From contig CAYRZU010000007.1 in NCBI GenBank assembly GCA_964428895.1, positions 688 to 64,687 on the forward strand: a DNA stretch of 64,000 nt, written 5' to 3'. The position numbers and the translations under genes were made by a program. The DNA is from an uncultured Planctomycetaceae bacterium. GTDB lineage: Bacteria; Planctomycetota; Phycisphaerae; SM23-33. The number at the start of each line of letters is the position of its first letter. Within the stretch, counting starts at the first letter, position 1. Shown here in pieces: positions 62,422 to 64,000 of this stretch. The notes beneath the pieces are model-generated. The model was not told where the DNA came from. It saw only the letters and a program-made list of their open reading frames with translations, and ran no database searches.

Positions 62422-64000
62422 TCATTCGCCAGGCCGGGCCGCCTGGGAAGCCAAGTAGACACCTAGGACCGTAATGTCGGCCGGCGTGATGCCGCTGACC
62501 CGCAGGGCTTGGCCAAGGCTGCGAGGCCGAACGTCAGAGAGCTTCTCGATGGCCTCGTGGCGAAGATGGCTGATGGCGGCGTAATCGATCTCGCCGGGGA
62601 TCAGCTTGGCGTCGAGTTGCTGCATGTGCTTCAGCGCGGCGGCCTCCTTTTCCAGATAGCCCGCGTAGCGGAGATCGACCAATCGTGAGTCGACCGCCTT
62701 GGGCTGGGCGGCCCGCAGATCGGTCAAGCGCTGGGCGGTCGGCGAATCGGCCAGGGCGAAGATGCCCTCGGCGGTCGCATCCGGCTGTTGGAAGCGGCCG
62801 GCCAGCGTCTTGCCGTCAACGCGCGTGGCCGCCAGAACGGTCTCGACTTCCGAAGCGGCCGCCCCGCCCCGCTGGAATCGGGCCCATCGTTCGTCATCGA
62901 CCAACCCCACGGCCCGACCGATCTCGGTCAGGCGCCGATCCGCATTGTCGGCCCGCAATCGCAGCCGATGCTCGGCCCGACTGGTGAACATGCGGTACGG
63001 TTCGTTGACGCCCTTGGTGACCAGGTCGTCGATCATCACGCCGATGTAGGCTTGGTCGCGCCGCAGAACGAGTTCGTCGCGGCCGGCCAGTTTCAGGGCC
63101 GCGTTGGCGCCCGCCATCAGCCCCAGCGCTGCGGCCTCCTCGTACCCGGTCGTGCCGTTGATCTGCCCGGCCAGGTATAGGCCCGCCGCCGCCTTGGTCT
63201 CCAGCGCGGAAGTCAGTTGCGTCGGCTGCGCGAAGTCGTATTCGATGGCGTAGCCGTAGCGGAGAATCTCGGCGTTCTCGAGGCCGCGGATGTTATGGAC
63301 GATGATGTCTTGCACATCTTCGGGCAGCGACGTGCTGATCCCGTTGATGTAGGTCCAGTTCGTGTCGCGCCCTTCCGGCTCGATGAAGACCTGATGACTG
63401 GGCCGATCCGGGAAACGGTGGATCTTGGTTTCCAAGGACGGGCAGTACCGCGGCCCGGTCGATTGGATTTGGCCTGTGAACAACGGCGCCCGGTGGAAGT
63501 TGGCGCGGATGACATCGTGGATGGCCTGGTTCGTCGCCGACAGCCAGCACGGAATCTGCTCCACCTGAAGCGACTCGTTCACGAACGAGAACGCCTGCGG
63601 ATCGGGGTCGCCGTCTTGGCGCGTGCAGCGGTCGGTGTCGATCGTCTCAGCCGCCAGGCGCGGACACGTGCCGGTCTTGAGGCGGTCGAGCGTTAGTCCG
63701 CACGCTCGCAGGCTGTCGGAGAGCCCCTCGGCCGCCGGCTCGCCGTAGCGACCGCCGGGAAAGGTTGTTTCGCCCACGTGCATCAGGCCGGCCAGGAACG
63801 TGCCGCACGTAACGATCACAGCCTGACACGTCAGTTCCTGCCCCGTCGCCAGGCGGACACCGGCGGTGCGTCCGTCTTTCGTCAGAACATCCACCACTTC
63901 GCCGGGGACGACGGTGAGATTGGGCGTTCTCGCCAGGGCTGCTTGGATCCATGCGGCGTAGGCGTGCCGGTCGGATTGGCAGCGAGGGCCCCAGACAGCC
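62422..64000 (-). CDS. mnmG: tRNA uridine-5-carboxymethylaminomethyl(34) synthesis enzyme MnmG (GidA), C-terminal ~525 aa; N-terminus lies beyond the window end
   Basis: The reading frame is open to position 64000. Motifs present are ...YAIEYDF..., GLYLAGQINGTTGYEEAAALGLMAGANAA and the C-terminal GidA-associated helical domain. Confidence 0.9.
   Translation of the reverse strand, partial: AVWGPRCQSDRHAYAAWIQAALARTPNLTVVPGEVVDVLTKDGRTAGVRLATGQELTCQAVIVTCGTFLAGLMHVGETTFPGGRYGEPAAEGLSDSLRACGLTLDRLKTGTCPRLAAETIDTDRCTRQDGDPDPQAFSFVNESLQVEQIPCWLSATNQAIHDVIRANFHRAPLFTGQIQSTGPRYCPSLETKIHRFPDRPSHQVFIEPEGRDTNWTYINGISTSLPEDVQDIIVHNIRGLENAEILRYGYAIEYDFAQPTQLTSALETKAAAGLYLAGQINGTTGYEEAAALGLMAGANAALKLAGRDELVLRRDQAYIGVMIDDLVTKGVNEPYRMFTSRAEHRLRLRADNADRRLTEIGRAVGLVDDERWARFQRGGAAASEVETVLAATRVDGKTLAGRFQQPDATAEGIFALADSPTAQRLTDLRAAQPKAVDSRLVDLRYAGYLEKEAAALKHMQQLDAKLIPGEIDYAAISHLRHEAIEKLSDVRPRSLGQALRVSGITPADITVLGVYLASQAARPGE

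Noticed and set aside
62245-62466. 73-aa plus-strand ORF in the AT-rich spacer before mnmG
   Set aside because: It overlaps the mnmG 3' end, has no ribosome-binding site, and its composition is unremarkable. The spacer's low GC is more likely promoter/terminator DNA.
1-64000. Search for CRISPR arrays, tRNA/rRNA genes, IS elements/integrases
   Set aside because: No regularly spaced direct repeats, no cloverleaf-compatible 70-90-nt segments in the intergenic regions I inspected (6009-6476, 18390-18535, 24265-24387, 45320-45681, 60701-60968, 62049-62421), and no transposase- or integrase-like ORFs. The window appears to be core chromosome with accessory islands rather than a mobile element.

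Overview
This is a high-GC (about 65-68%), gene-dense bacterial chromosomal segment with roughly 60 protein-coding genes on both strands, many translationally coupled by 4-nt ATGA/GTGA overlaps. No rRNA, tRNA, CRISPR array or obvious mobile element was seen.

Several features suggest, as inference only, a Planctomycetota-like organism: a PEP-CTERM protein, many xylose-isomerase-like TIM-barrel paralogs, an RRM RNA-binding protein with a Gly-rich tail, lysine-rich C-terminal tails on metabolic enzymes, and an unusually long signal peptidase I.

Housekeeping genes I recognise:
- leuS, ahcY, pyruvate kinase, aspartate kinase, pyrE, lepB, lptB, xthA
- mnmG (partial at the window end)
- an ApgM-type phosphoglycerate mutase
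- a trpF-ankyrin fusion
- cstA, lemA, and a ComM/YifB ATPase

The most unusual content:
1. A compact plus-strand operon (6477-13501) led by an AGAT-type L-arginine amidinotransferase. It is followed by an 857-aa fusion of an NAD(P)-Rossmann dehydrogenase-like domain to a class-III PLP aminotransferase, then a 2-hydroxyacid dehydrogenase, a FAH-family hydrolase and an aldehyde dehydrogenase. I read this as a candidate undescribed guanidino-compound or arginine-derived pathway. It sits behind a 600-bp divergent leader.
2. A minus-strand, translationally coupled module DUF502 - PflX-like radical SAM - MenA/UbiA prenyltransferase - CPBP protease (18536-21707).
3. A cluster of B12-radical-SAM, MMPL transporter and nucleotide-sugar dehydrogenase genes at the 5' edge.
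4. A 1338-aa secreted protein carrying three tandem C-type lectin domains, one with an EPN motif.
5. A small three-gene response-regulator/FlgM module with no adjacent kinase.

All functional calls rest on motif and architecture recognition by eye. No database search was possible, and any gene start chosen inside a longer track ORF is an inference from Shine-Dalgarno spacing.
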